Notes under the pieces: generated by a model
Database searches by the model: none
The model's input: only the letters and a program-made list of their open reading frames with translations
What the model was told of the DNA's origin: nothing
Program-made: the position numbers and the translations under genes
Source: Octopus sinensis
Taxonomy: Eukaryota
Reading direction: 5' to 3'
Length of the DNA: 64,000 bases
Assembly: GCF_006345805.1 (NCBI RefSeq)
Contig: NC_043003.1
Location: 22,692,001 to 22,756,000, forward strand
Shown here: piece by piece, positions 13,766 to 26,523 of the stretch
How the letters are laid out: every line of letters starts with the position of its first letter
Position numbering within the stretch: the stretch's first letter is position 1

Positions 13766-14337
13766 TAACTGCTGCTGCTGCTGCTGTTACCTTCACCACC
13801 ACTATCACCAATATCTCTCAGATATGAACCTGCGTATGTTATCTTTGCAACTATATTTCATTACAGAAAGTAAAAAAAAAAAGGAAAACCTACTTCTTCG
13901 CAATATTGTGTAACGTAATAGAATTGTTTGTATTTCTATTAAATCTTGGAGATTATTCTACCTTAGGAGATCTATCCATCATAATTAAAATATAAATCTG
14001 TAGCTGCCTTTATAATCACATTATATTCCACAAATACATACATCTTTAAAACTCAAAATACACGCCAACATATATACATGCATGCGTGCATGCATATATA
14101 CATATCTACATGCATATATATATATTTATATATCTTTTCATCATTTCATAAATATATATATATCTATTTACAAAGATATTTACATTTATATATATATATA
14201 AATTTGTCTGCGTGGGTTGTTTCGAGTGCTTTGTTTTTGTCCGGAGTCTCTTCTTAAAGTAGAAGAAATAGTTAAGGTTCTTTGGCTGCTATTTCTAAAC
14301 TTCGGTATGAGGTAAAGCAAATCTTTGCTGAACCCTA

Positions 14338-14396
<59 letters not shown>

Positions 14397-14446
14397 TCAT
14401 TTCATAAATATATATATGTATATACACAGATATATACATATATATA

Positions 14447-14617
14447 CCTCAGACGAGATGGTGAAGATGCCGACGACCGCTTTGTTCAAAGCCTCCCTTG
14501 ACCTCAAGTGGCCTGAACTCTTTACATGAACACCACCCTGTACTTAACTCCATGTCCCCCTACATGGCCTTGCTATTTGCTTTTGAGCCAAATTAACTAA
14601 CTAACTAACTAACTAAC
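14447..14617 (+). mobile_element. CR1-like LINE 3' end with (TAAC)n tail
   Basis: SDEMVKMPTTALFKASLDLKWPELFT* resembles the CR1/L2 ORF2 terminus (VV.A.....FK..LD..W); short 3'UTR, then (TAAC)n. Confidence 0.6.
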
Positions 14618-15099
14618 ATATATACATGCACATACACACACATATATACGTGTGCGTGTGTGAATGTATATACATATACACATACATACATGTGTATATA
14701 CCTTTTATGCATATGAATATGTACGCTATTATGTAGACCAGGTCTTTTAGGATAAATGCATGGGTTATTTAGGGAGTGAGATTGGGTCTATGCAATTCCT
14801 TTCTCCACTTTAAGGAGCTCCAAGTACATGCACCGCTTGATGTTTTGGCATCTTTATGAATATGTGTATTATGTATTGTATAAGCAAACTACTCAATGCA
14901 ACATTCTATCACGGAATGAAGCAATCTGTCAGCGTGGGTGGTAAGCTCACTGAACGTCTACTGCGAGAGGCGTCCGTCGTTATCGCATCTATGGAAAAAG
15001 TGTAGGCTCCTGGCAGGACTGAAGAGCTAACATCTGTGCTGCTCATGTTTAAGAGAACAACCAAGCGATGGCATTTCTGGAAATTGAGTTGCAGCCATC

Positions 15100-15112
15100 A
15101 AGTGTGTGTGTA

Positions 15113-15175
<63 letters not shown>

Positions 15176-15230
15176 ATGTATGTATGTATGTATGTATATA
15201 TGTATGCGTACGTGTCTATGTATATATATA

Positions 15231-15281
<51 letters not shown>

Positions 15282-15368
15282 CATATATATATATATGTAT
15301 GTATATATATATATATCTATGTAAATGTATATATATGTATACACACACACACACACACACATATATAT
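15100..15368. repeat. Compound (TG)(TATG)(TA)(CA) microsatellite
   Basis: Direct inspection. Confidence 0.95.
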
Positions 15369-15577
15369 AGGGAGAGTTCACGAAAAAAAAAAAAGGCGAA
15401 GACAGATGGTGTACAAAACAAACAGATGTATTAGTATAACGCTCAGGAAATTGAAAAAGTCTTTTACGTTTCGAGCCTACGCTCTTCTACAGAAAGGGAT
15501 ACAGAAAAAAAACAAGGAGAGAAACAAGGAGAGAAAAAAATGCGTGTAGTGGCTACCGATCTACCATGGCGATATCT
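15369..15577 (-). mobile_element. Solo Penelope pLTR copy in (TA)n
   Basis: Reverse complement aligns with 33688-33902 and 45188-45353; TA-repeat on both flanks. Confidence 0.75.
15461..15496 (-). ncRNA. Minimal type I hammerhead ribozyme-like motif (core CUGUAGA)
   Basis: Minus strand reads cttt-CTGTAGA-a-gagc gtag gctc-GAAA-cg-TA-aaag. Confidence 0.55.
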
Positions 15578-15603
15578 ATATATATATATACATATATATA
15601 TAT

Positions 15604-15652
<49 letters not shown>

Positions 15653-15671
15653 TACACACACATATATATGC

Positions 15672-15724
<53 letters not shown>

Positions 15725-16266
15725 TATACGCGCGTATATATGCACATTAACATGTGCATTCATATGTATGTGTGTTTGAACGTATGTTTATACTTACGTA
15801 TAAACATATATACGTATTTCTGATGTTGAGTACGTACATAGTTTTTCAATAAGGAGAATATGTGTGAAACATCTTTTCATCATAACTTTCACCAGATGCA
15901 AGCATAACAGGCTCTCCCATAGTGTTTGGGACAGAAAAGAAATATTACGTACGGTCATATAAATTAGTTGCTCAGTAGATGTGAAGATTTAGAAAGAGAA
16001 AATAACGAGAAGCTGAATATTTATGGATAACTGCTTCAAAACCTGTTTCCTACACAGATTCTACACATTTCAAATTTTCAGTTGTTCTCGTCTGGTTTAT
16101 GTTTTCAGCAAATGCAATATGTAAGAGGAAACGAAATACTTTCATATATATTTCTATACGCAATATGTAAAATATTCACTGTTGGTGTTACCTAACATCA
16201 AGTAGTGAATCTACGAGTTTGTTTCTAAATCATTGAGTCCTATCATTATGAGAATTCAAGCGATTA

Positions 16267-16488
16267 CTCTCTTTACTCTTTTACTTGTTTCAGTCATTTG
16301 ACTGTAGCCATGCTGGAGCACCGCATTTAGTCGAGAAAATCGACCCCAGTACTTATTCTTTGTAAGCCTAATACTTATTCTATCGGTCTATTTTGCTGAA
16401 GTGCTAAGTTACGGGGACGTAAACACATCAGCATTAGTTGTCAAGCGATGTTAGGGGGACAAACACACACACACACACACACATACAC

Positions 16489-16519
<31 letters not shown>

Positions 16520-16704
16520 TATATATATATACACATATATACGACGGGCTTCTTTCAGTTTCCCTCTACCAAATCCACCCACAAGGCTTTGGTCGGCCTA
16601 AGGCTATAGTAGAAGACACTTGTCCAAGGTGCCACGCTGTGGGACTGAACCCGGAACCGTGTGGTTCGTAAGCAAGCTACTTACCACGCAGCCACTCCTG
16701 CGCC
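16267..16704 (-). mobile_element. SINE family A
   Basis: Full body; (TACTCT) tail units. Confidence 0.85.
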
Positions 16705-18493
16705 CACGATTATGAAAAAAACAACATAAATACAAGCATATATGCATACATCCATATACATATATGTCTGCCTGTCTGTCTGTCTGTATGTATGTATGTA
16801 TGTATGCATGTGTGTCTAAATGGAATATATTAAGATAAATCAATTAGGTGTTGATGTACAGGATGATATTCATAGAAAATTCCTTAATGATACTTGGAGA
16901 GGTGAACAAAATATCCATCACTAATTTTTATGAAAAGGAAGATAATTAAAAAATGAATTCTCATGCTAAAGAGAAAATAGAGTCACTGTTAGCAGAGACA
17001 CGGTTACGTCAACGGACATATTTCACTCTTACTGTATCTCGCCAGTGCAACAAGGCTAATATGAATCATCATCATTAGAAGATAGTAAACAGAACATATA
17101 TATGAAACATACAGCCTACGCAGATGTTTGTTTCTGGCATTGATTCAATTTTATATATAAATTATAATTTAATTTTGTTTAATAATCTATAATAATTTTT
17201 AAGTATTTTTAATTTCAAGTCTCAATTGTTTTAAATCGGAGGCCGACAATTGTAATAAGCACCAGCTATGATTAACCAAACCAGTGCATCTTAGGGAATT
17301 GTTTGTTACGTTAATCAAAGAATAAGAAGAGTATGAATCTATATACTACAAGTGGGGACCTATTTCCTCTTCATTTTCTCTATACTTATCAAGCCAAACA
17401 AGATTTATCTTATTAAATTTACAAACGTGTTCGTCTGAATGGATTTTAATGATATGAGAAATACTGAAAAGATAGCAGTTGACACAGTACAAGTTTTGCA
17501 TTAAATAATAGTCTTCTCAAGAACCGTATATATTTCTTTGGACAATGCGTATCTCCATTCCCACTGTAAGGACTCTTATTTAATAGGAATGTATATGTAC
17601 CATACTGATGATTTTCCTCAGACATCTCTGCACACAAACGTTGGTAACATCTCACATTCTGTCTTTTCTTTAATGTCAATAAAGTCATAATAATGCACAG
17701 GCAAAACTTTTAACTAGATATTTCGTCTTCAGTAAGTAGCTTAATATTGAAGAAAATTTAGCTAAGTGAAGTAACTAAAATAAACCTTTTATTATTATTA
17801 GTATTATCATTTATTAAGTAAAACATGCTTGGATGAATTATCTTCATTTAACATTCCCATGTCAAATGTGTCGTAAACTTAACAACAGAGACACAATCAT
17901 ATATATGTATAGGTTGGGGAAATTTACGAAGCGAATTATTATATTATATCAGAAGTGTAGAAAGAGAGAGAGTATTATATCCGATATCTATTAGCTTGAT
18001 ATCTGAAATGATGCACAAGATATTCTAAATGAAGTATATATATATATTAAATGAAATATATTGTAAGTGGTTTTTGACAGTATTGCTATAGCTTCAGGAC
18101 AAGTGGTATTAAAAGGCCATACAATTTTTCAATGTAATGTTATTAGAGGTACGAGATTTGTATGAAGTTCACTAAAAATTGTTAATATCCAATAAAAAAC
18201 TATTGTCGAATATTCTGTCAGAAAATAAGATATTTTTTGTATTCTTTAGTCTAGAAGATACGTGGTGTTCATAACAGTTTATAGAGCCGTCGAAATTGGT
18301 GAAACAGACGGAAAAAGTATGAGCAAAACGGAGAGCTGTCTCGAAGACGTGGCTATGATGCTCCCCCACTACTTCTGCACGTGATTAGAGATGCACATAT
18401 CGTCAGCCACTAAGGGACATGCTCAACTGGTTAAGGTCAAACAACTGACAAGCAAATCTCTGGTATTGAGAAGAATATTTGCTGTAGCCCATC

Positions 18494-18559
<66 letters not shown>

Positions 18560-18562
<3 letters not shown>

Positions 18563-18645
18563 TAGTCTTAATTTTATCACGTGCTTTCACTGCACTACCG
18601 AGCGCAGCTCTGTGTGCCTTGGGTATGTGCTGCGGATTCATTCAC
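18560..18645 (-). mobile_element. 3'UTR fragment of the same R4/Dong-like family next to (ATT)n
   Basis: ttttatcacgtgctttcactgcactaccgagcgcagctctgtgtgccttgggtatgtgctg matches 35322-35382; abuts the (ATT)n at 18496-18559. Confidence 0.7.
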
Positions 18646-18744
18646 AGTTCATGGAAAACGTCTTGATTCCGCTCCTAGCCGACCAAAGCACATTTGGGTG
18701 AATTTGGTAGACGGAAACCGTACGTAACCGTCATATATATATAT

Positions 18745-18785
<41 letters not shown>

Positions 18786-19734
18786 ATGTGTGTGTGTGCG
18801 TGTGTGTGTGTGTATAATTTCACATAGTAACAATGAAATTTTATGCCATCATTTTAATCCGTCACTGTGTAGACAAACAAGGACAGACAGACGGATTAAG
18901 TCGATTATATCGACCCCAGTGCGTAACTGGTACTTAATTTATCGACCCCGAAAGGATGAAAGTGGGACTGGACTCAGGACCATGTGGTTAGGAAGCGGAC
19001 TTCTTACCACGCAGTCAAACGAGCGTGCATTTGTTTGAATTCCTGCAACTTAACGGTTTTGTCAGATTGGCCATTTGAAAAATACCCGACTTAAAATAAA
19101 CAAGTTAAAATAAACAAGTACTGGAGTGTATTTCATTGACTAGACTCTTGAAAGAAGTGCAGCAGTACGGCTGCAGTAGAATGCCTGAGACATGTAAAAG
19201 AACAGAAAATAAATAAACGGACAGTAGTGAAACGAAAAGATATTTATTATGAACGTAAGTAGCTGGTGACGTAGGAATGAAAAATCCTGACCGACATTTT
19301 GACACAGCGCACAGAAAATATGAGGATTTGCTATAGATATTTGACAGCGAAATAGGACGGCTTTAAAAATAGTAATTGTTTGTAGTTTTACATTTGAAAT
19401 GTTTATACTGATGTTTGTCAATATTTATTAAATTTAAGTCTTTTTTTAAGATAATAATCCGGTGTCTTTCGTTATCATTTTTGCTGTCAAAACAATCTAT
19501 AAATTATAAAATGTACATACACACACGCTCACACACATACATATATGCATACACACACACACAAAGTGAGAGAGAGAGATACATGTGTATACACATGGAT
19601 GCAAAAACAGGCACATATAAATTAAGAGCTGTGAGTGCGTTTCCCACGCGTACTAAAGCCATATTTTTCCCTTTAGAGGAATTATATGCCCTACTATGAG
19701 ACTGTTTTCTATTGTGAATATACGAACTAAATTG

Positions 19735-20130
19735 AAGGCGGCGAGCTGGCAGAAACGTTAGCACGTCGAGCGAAATGCTTCGCAGTATTTCGTATTCCAT
19801 TACGTTCTGAGTTCAAATTCCGCCGTAGTCGACATTGCCTTTCATCCTTTCGGGGTTGATTAAATAAGTACCAGTTACGCACTGCGGTCGATATAATCGA
19901 CTTAATCCGTTTGTCTGTCCTTGTTTGTCCTCTCTGTGTTTAGCACCTTGCGGGTAGTAAAGAAATAGGTATTTCGTCTGCCGCTACGTTCTGAATTCAA
20001 ATTCCGCCGAGGTCGACTTTGCCTTTAATCCTTTTGGAGTCGACAAATTAAGTACCAGTTACGTACTGGGTTAATCTAATCGACTGGCCCCCACTCTCAA
20101 AATTTCGGGCCTTGTGCCTAGAATAGAAAA
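19735..20130 (+). mobile_element. Dimeric SINE family B
   Basis: TSD gaatatacgaactaaatt / gaatatacggactaaatt. Confidence 0.9.
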
Positions 20131-20590
20131 GAATATACGGACTAAATTTTCGATCGCCACCATTTTCTAATCCGTGTATGGTTCGCAATTGTTTACACAT
20201 AAAATGTAATATTGCTTCTGGGATTCGACCATGGCTTCTGCTATAAAGCGTATTGTTGTTCTAACCACTGCACCAAAGTGATGCTGCCTCTTTTGACTAT
20301 CTAAATTGATAGGCTTTAAGTATATATGTTGACATACAATTGTCTTGTGAATGGAGATGACAGTCCACTCCGTATCAGGCTATAGCATAAGACTCTGAAA
20401 TGTTAAAAGTTGCAACATCGCCTGCATCATTCTCAAATATACACTCACCGGTGAAATAAGCCGATAGGCGACAATTGAAGTCCCTGTTAACTTGATCTTC
20501 ACAATAAAATTGCCTACTCTCAGTATAGTGTCGCACCATCAGTAGATGTTTCTTCTTAAACATGCATTAAAACAACATAGTTTTCACGTA

Positions 20591-20750
<160 letters not shown>

Positions 20751-21840
20751 GCCTGTACACATACCTAAGTAAATTAAATATACATGCGTATATGCATACA
20801 TCCATATACAAAAATATGTATGTAGGTACGTTTTCTGCATATATATATATATATGTATATGTATATAATATAATATGTGTGTGTGTGTGTATTTATATAC
20901 AGGCACACACACATATAAAAACACATGCACATACACAAATATTTACAGATGCCTATATACATATATAAAGCCGAGCTGTTAAGGGCCACGCTACAATATT
21001 GTGATATATTGTGTTCGAGAAATGGTGACGTTAATTCAGATAAAATGGAAAGACACTGACGCTTTTACACACATACAAAAATACGCACATACACACACAC
21101 ACACACACTTACACACACGTTCACACACAGAAACAGATTACACACGTATAAATATATACTATGTAGCCTAAATAATCGTACTCGCATGAAACTATGATTA
21201 GGTATGCTTTGATTCGTCTCCTTTGCACAAATTACGATATATTTTGCACAGACGCATGCGCATACACACAGATGCGTACGCACACATGCACACACAAGCA
21301 CACACACACACACACACACACACATTCAGAGACTCATATATCACAATTTAAAGAAACAATTTCAGTGACCATTAATCAAATATCTTGTCAAAATATTAAT
21401 TAGACAAAATCTAGGTTATAAGTTGTACACTATCATTCCCTACCGTTGCCTTCTCTTCCTTCTCCTCGGTCATTTCCTCCTCCTCCTCCAGCTCTTTTTC
21501 TCCCTCTGCCTCTCTCTCTTTAGAACCATGTATACTCGCACGTGTAGATGCACAAAATCCTTTGCCATTTTAAATCACGTTGCCGTATGTCATTGTGTTA
21601 ATTTTAAAGGGAGTCTGTTGGGGTTAACGACATAATTGGTAGACTGCCAGAGAAAATTTACTGTTATTTTAAGCTCTATTTCTTTATGTTCCGAGTTCAG
21701 ATTCTACCAATTTTTAATTTATCTGTCACTCTTCAATCGTAAATAAAATATCTAAATACCATACAGATTTAATCGCTTATATCCCTCACACAGATGTGAA
21801 GTGTAGTACCTAAATTGTAAATGATCATTATTAGTAGTCA

Positions 21841-22014
21841 TAGGCGCAGGAGTGGTAAGTAGCTTGCTTACCAACCACATGGTTCCGGGTTCAGTCCCAA
21901 TGCGTGGCACCTTGGGCAAGTGTTTTCTACTATAGCCTCAGGCCGACCAAAGCCTTGTGAGTGGATTTGGTAGACGGAAACTGTAAGAAGCCCGTCGTAT
22001 ATATGTGTATATAT

Positions 22015-22088
<74 letters not shown>

Positions 22089-22325
22089 GTTTGTGCGTGT
22101 GTGTGTGTGTATGCTTGTGTGTCTGTGTTTGTACCCCTAGCATTCCTTGACAACCGATGCTGGTATGTTTATGTCCCCGAAACTTAGTGGTTCGGGAAAA
22201 GAAACCGATAGAATAAGAACTAGGCTTACAAAGAATAAGCTCTGTGGTCGATTTGCTCGACTAAAGGTGGTGCTCCAGCATGGCCGCAGTCAAATGACTG
22301 AAGCAAGTAAAAGAGTAAAAGAGTA
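21841..22325 (+). mobile_element. SINE family A
   Basis: taggcgcaggagtgg head, B-box-like ggttcagtccc, (TA)(TG) centre, aaagagt tail. Confidence 0.85.
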
Positions 22326-22340
22326 GTAGTAAAACGAATG

Positions 22341-22534
22341 TGGCGAGCTGGCAGAACCCTTAACACATCAGGTAAAATGCTTCTAAGCATTTCGTCAGTC
22401 TTTACGTTCCGAGTTCAAATTCCGAGGGTCAACTTTTCTTTCACATTATTTCGGGGTCAATAAAATAAGTTCCGGTTGTTGTAATCGATTAACCTCTTCC
22501 TCAAATTTCAGGCCTTGTGCCTATAGCAGAAAGT
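22341..22534 (+). mobile_element. Diverged monomeric SINE B-like copy
   Basis: ggcgagctggcagaa head, single core, gccttgtgcctatagcagaaa tail. Confidence 0.7.
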
Positions 22535-23293
22535 GGTTAGGAAGAAAGCTTCTTACCACACAGCATCGTCTGCACCTATTTGTATCATTCAACTATGGTA
22601 GTAGTTGAATAATATTCTTAAGGTCGCACTTTATTCACACGCAGCATCTTAAGATTTAGTCGCTTATTCAGTTCTTAACCATATTGGAAAATGTTAACAT
22701 TTTTGAAGAGGACTGGTCCCTAGTTACATTTTGGCATAAAAAATTGAGATTTGATCCAGTAGAAAAAAAAGTTTCTACCAAAATTTGTAGCAACGTTATA
22801 GAAAAGTAAGTAACGCCACCAATCACGTTTAGATCGAAATAACTTTTTTTTATTTTAAAAGCAAAATATATTTGTCTTGGTTTCAATGATAGAAGAAAGC
22901 ATGAGGAATTTCATAGTTTCGTTCTCTTGCAACAAAAATTTGTATAAAAAAGGGTGTGAGGTAAGATATCTTGAAGGCAAAAAATTGGATTTAAGTATAA
23001 TTAAGTTTATTTTAAAAACAAACTATATTTTAATTATGCTTAAATGATAGAGCTCAATTCGAGGAATTTCATGGTATCAATCTCATGCAATTAAGTATAA
23101 AAAGAAAAAAGTTATGAGTGTTTATTTCTCAAATTTGAGGATGATAATATAGTTTTATACATCTTATGAATATAGTTCAATAAGGGGACTTTTAATATAT
23201 GTCACCGGCGTCATTGAGGTAAGGAAAAAATTATCAACGACACCGCTAATTGACACATTTGACACATTATTAAGTAGCATAATAGCATAATGG

Positions 23294-23854
23294 ATTACAT
23301 GGTAAAGTATGAGTAGCAGAAATAATATTCTTAAGATTATAAACCTGGAAAATTACAGGACAAGTTATTACACTTAGAAAAGTTCAGAACAATTTATTAT
23401 ATCTGGTAAAGTACAGAACAAGAAAAATTTTACTTAAAATATTGCAGCTAAGGATAAAATTTCAAATAAAATATTTAGACCTAGAAAATATTAGCTTTTA
23501 TTAAAACTAAAAATATTATTACAAGTACTATTTGTTATTGAATATTTTTAAAGTGCAAAACTATTTTAATTGAATTATTTTAAATTTTTAATAGAAGTAA
23601 CAGGTAATTTTTAATAGAAGTAATAACTTGTAATAAAATTTTTGGTTTTAATAAAAGCTAATGTTTTCTAAATCTAAATATTTTATTTGAAATTTTATCA
23701 TTCGCTGCAATATTTTAAGTAAAAATTTTCTTGTTCTGTACTTTACTATATGTAATAAGTTGCCCTGAACTTTTCCAAGTGTAATAACGCATCCTGTTAT
23801 TTTCCAGGTTTTTAATCTTAAGAATATTATTTCTCTTTCTTGCATATTTCCATG

Positions 23855-23858
<4 letters not shown>
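23294..23858. mobile_element. AT-rich foldback / MITE-like element, arms about 230 bp
   Basis: 23294-23525 is an imperfect reverse complement of 23627-23858; spacer about 100 bp; (TA)n on the right. Confidence 0.75.
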
Positions 23859-23898
<40 letters not shown>

Positions 23899-23961
23899 TT
23901 ATTATTTGAGGGAATATAAATCCATACTTACACGGAAAAATTTTTTTTGCAATTTACTTAA

Positions 23962-24474
23962 TCTATATATATAAAACTGTAGTTGTCTGAGTGTCTGTCC
24001 CCTTCGATTTAGATTCCTAACTACTCCCACATTTTGCGGGGCAGTTTAACCAAATTCGGGTATCTTATAGTCGTGATTCATATCGAGCCCGTCTGAGTAT
24101 TAGCGCGCGTCTACGATGAGTCTACGGTTTAAAAAATAATTTAACATCATTTTTTATTCCATTTTAATGCATAATGTTTCGTGTGTCGATGGCGGCGGAG
24201 TTGGCGTCCACGCTCACAGCTGCACCTGTTTGCTTCTCCCCCTTCTTCCCTCCCTCGTGAAGCTGTGGAGAAGGGAGTGTAAGGAAATCAACGCCGTAAA
24301 GCGTTGTCAAGGAGACCAGCGTTCTTTTAGAACAACGACTTCATGGCTTGAAGACACCAAAACAGAAATGGCTAAGAAAGCCCGAATTGGCATCTATAAG
24401 GGAAGTAACTCTCTAAAAATGCTTATATAGTTATTTCCCTTACAAACCCGAGCAACGCCGGGCAATACTGCTAG
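23962..24474 (+). mobile_element. Non-autonomous Helitron
   Basis: 5' TC after A, 3' hairpin cccgagcaacgccggg followed by CTAG and then T; no TSD. Confidence 0.8.
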
Positions 24475-24579
24475 TCATTGATATTTTATTGTTATTATAA
24501 TTTTAATATTTCTATTATATGTAATTTTCTAGATGGTGTAATTTAATTGTTCATTTTGCATTGATAAAGGTGTTTTTTC

Positions 24580-24646
<67 letters not shown>

Positions 24647-24647
24647 T

Positions 24648-25071
24648 TAACAAATTAAATGGGTGGTTTATTAGCAATTTGAAAAGTGACGGAGGGTACT
24701 GACCAGCACCAGTTATTGCTAGAAACAAGAGTTAAAATAACTCAAAATCCACAAAGCACTGTACTTAATAATTGACAAAGGGAGGTAAGTTCCCAGTTAT
24801 ATAGCTGGATCGAACGATTTCGGATTTTGATGCATAGCATCTCAATCCGCGTCAGCGACTCTTAACGCGTCGGGTTAAACTCATTTACTTCTGTCTATCT
24901 TATAAGAAAAAACGTTGAAAACCTCTGCTGATTTTCAAAGCGGTAAGAGTGTAAACAACAAATTAAATGGGTGGTTATTTAGCAATTTGAACCTAAAGGC
25001 AAAATTAATTGAGGTCACAAAAGTAACGGAGGATACTGACCAACCCCAGTTATTGCTAGAAACAAGAGTTA
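24648..25071. repeat. Direct repeat pair (24648-24737 and 24957-25071) with an indel of about 30 nt
   Basis: Shared aacaaattaaatgggtggtt...ccagttattgctagaaacaagagtta. Confidence 0.75.
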
Positions 25072-26484
25072 TAAGCAATTATTTGGACTTTGGATATAGG
25101 TTTAGTAGTACGATTAAAGCACTTTCACCATTTAGGCTACCTGATGTCATCCATAGTTATGATATTAATATCACTGGATCTACATCAGAAATTCTTTAGT
25201 GTTCGTTGAGCTTATATTGTCAGTATAGCGAACGTCCTATGGTAACCGCAACATGTCAAGAAAAATTGAGTACATGTAGCAAAATAACTTATTTAAAATG
25301 AGACACTTATGAGATGCAGCCTGCACTGATGGATGCAACACAGCTAGCTGTACAATGTCCCACCCGGAAGGGACAGGTGCGGGATGGGTCGAAACGATCG
25401 TTGTGTTGAATAAAGATTCTTGCTAACTTCATTTTCCGTTCTCCTCATTCATTGTATAAATAATAAAAAAATTAAAAATTAAAAAAAACCCAAATATTTG
25501 TTTGTTTACATTTATGCATACACGGTTGTTCTATGAAGCTAAAGTATTTAGCATCTAATACAGTGGCCAGGTTATCATAATGATAAAACACCCAGCCGGA
25601 GTCCCATAGCTGAGTGTTGACAAATTTTTCCGTCTTTTTTTTCTGCTGTTCTAACGGCAACTCTGCGTTCTAAAAAAATATAATCCTCTTATTTGTATCG
25701 TACAACACACCTTTCGACGCTTCTAATAATAAAACAAATGTTTGTTTACATTTATACACACACACATGCACTCACACACATATGTAGTGCGTGTATGTAG
25801 GTGAACGCAAAGTGAACGTTGTATAGTTAAAACAAAGTTGAGATCAAATAGATGAGAACTTAAAATCCAACCTCACCATCAAGAGCTAGTGCCTCGGTAG
25901 CAAATATTAGCTGTAAGAACAATCTTTATCGAAGTTTTTATAGCAGTAGATAGGTAGATATACGCAATTAGGCTTAAAGTATGTAATTACATGGAATAAT
26001 ACAAAGTAGAGCTTACAGAATACAGAAAACAAAAGGCATTATGTAAAGCCTTAATCTCGACAGCTGTTTCGGGAGTACCATAGCTTGTGCTGCAACCACG
26101 TTGATTCGCAGTATGCACATGATGACTTACTCGGGTAGAAGATCATAAATTCTAATGAAAATGTTAAGGTAAATCAAGAGAAGAATGACAAATGCATATT
26201 TCATAGTAGTTTTTAACAAATATAAAAGTTCAAAGAGGACCAATTAGGATGGTGAAACCGGTGTTCGAGGAAGCTGGGGCAATAGTTCAAGAGATGGAAT
26301 GGTTAAAAAGGAAATGTGAGATGAGAATAGCAGCACACCCTACCGTTTTTGTGGTGTGGTTCAGTCTTAGATATAAAGTATCTGAAAATATACGGGATGG
26401 CCGCGGGTGGAACGCCTCTCCTCATTGCTCTGCTAAGTCAGCGCTGAACTTGAGGCTAAATTACTACTACTGCTGCCACTACTA

Positions 26485-26523
<39 letters not shown>

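Noticed and set aside
15036-15823. Cluster of ORFs of 60-132 aa
   Set aside because: Translations of TA/TG/TATG microsatellites (YI, CV, HT repeats).
21440-21520. Minus-strand acidic peptide KEREAEGEKELEEEEEM with gtaggg
   Set aside because: Purine-rich low complexity and no good acceptor.
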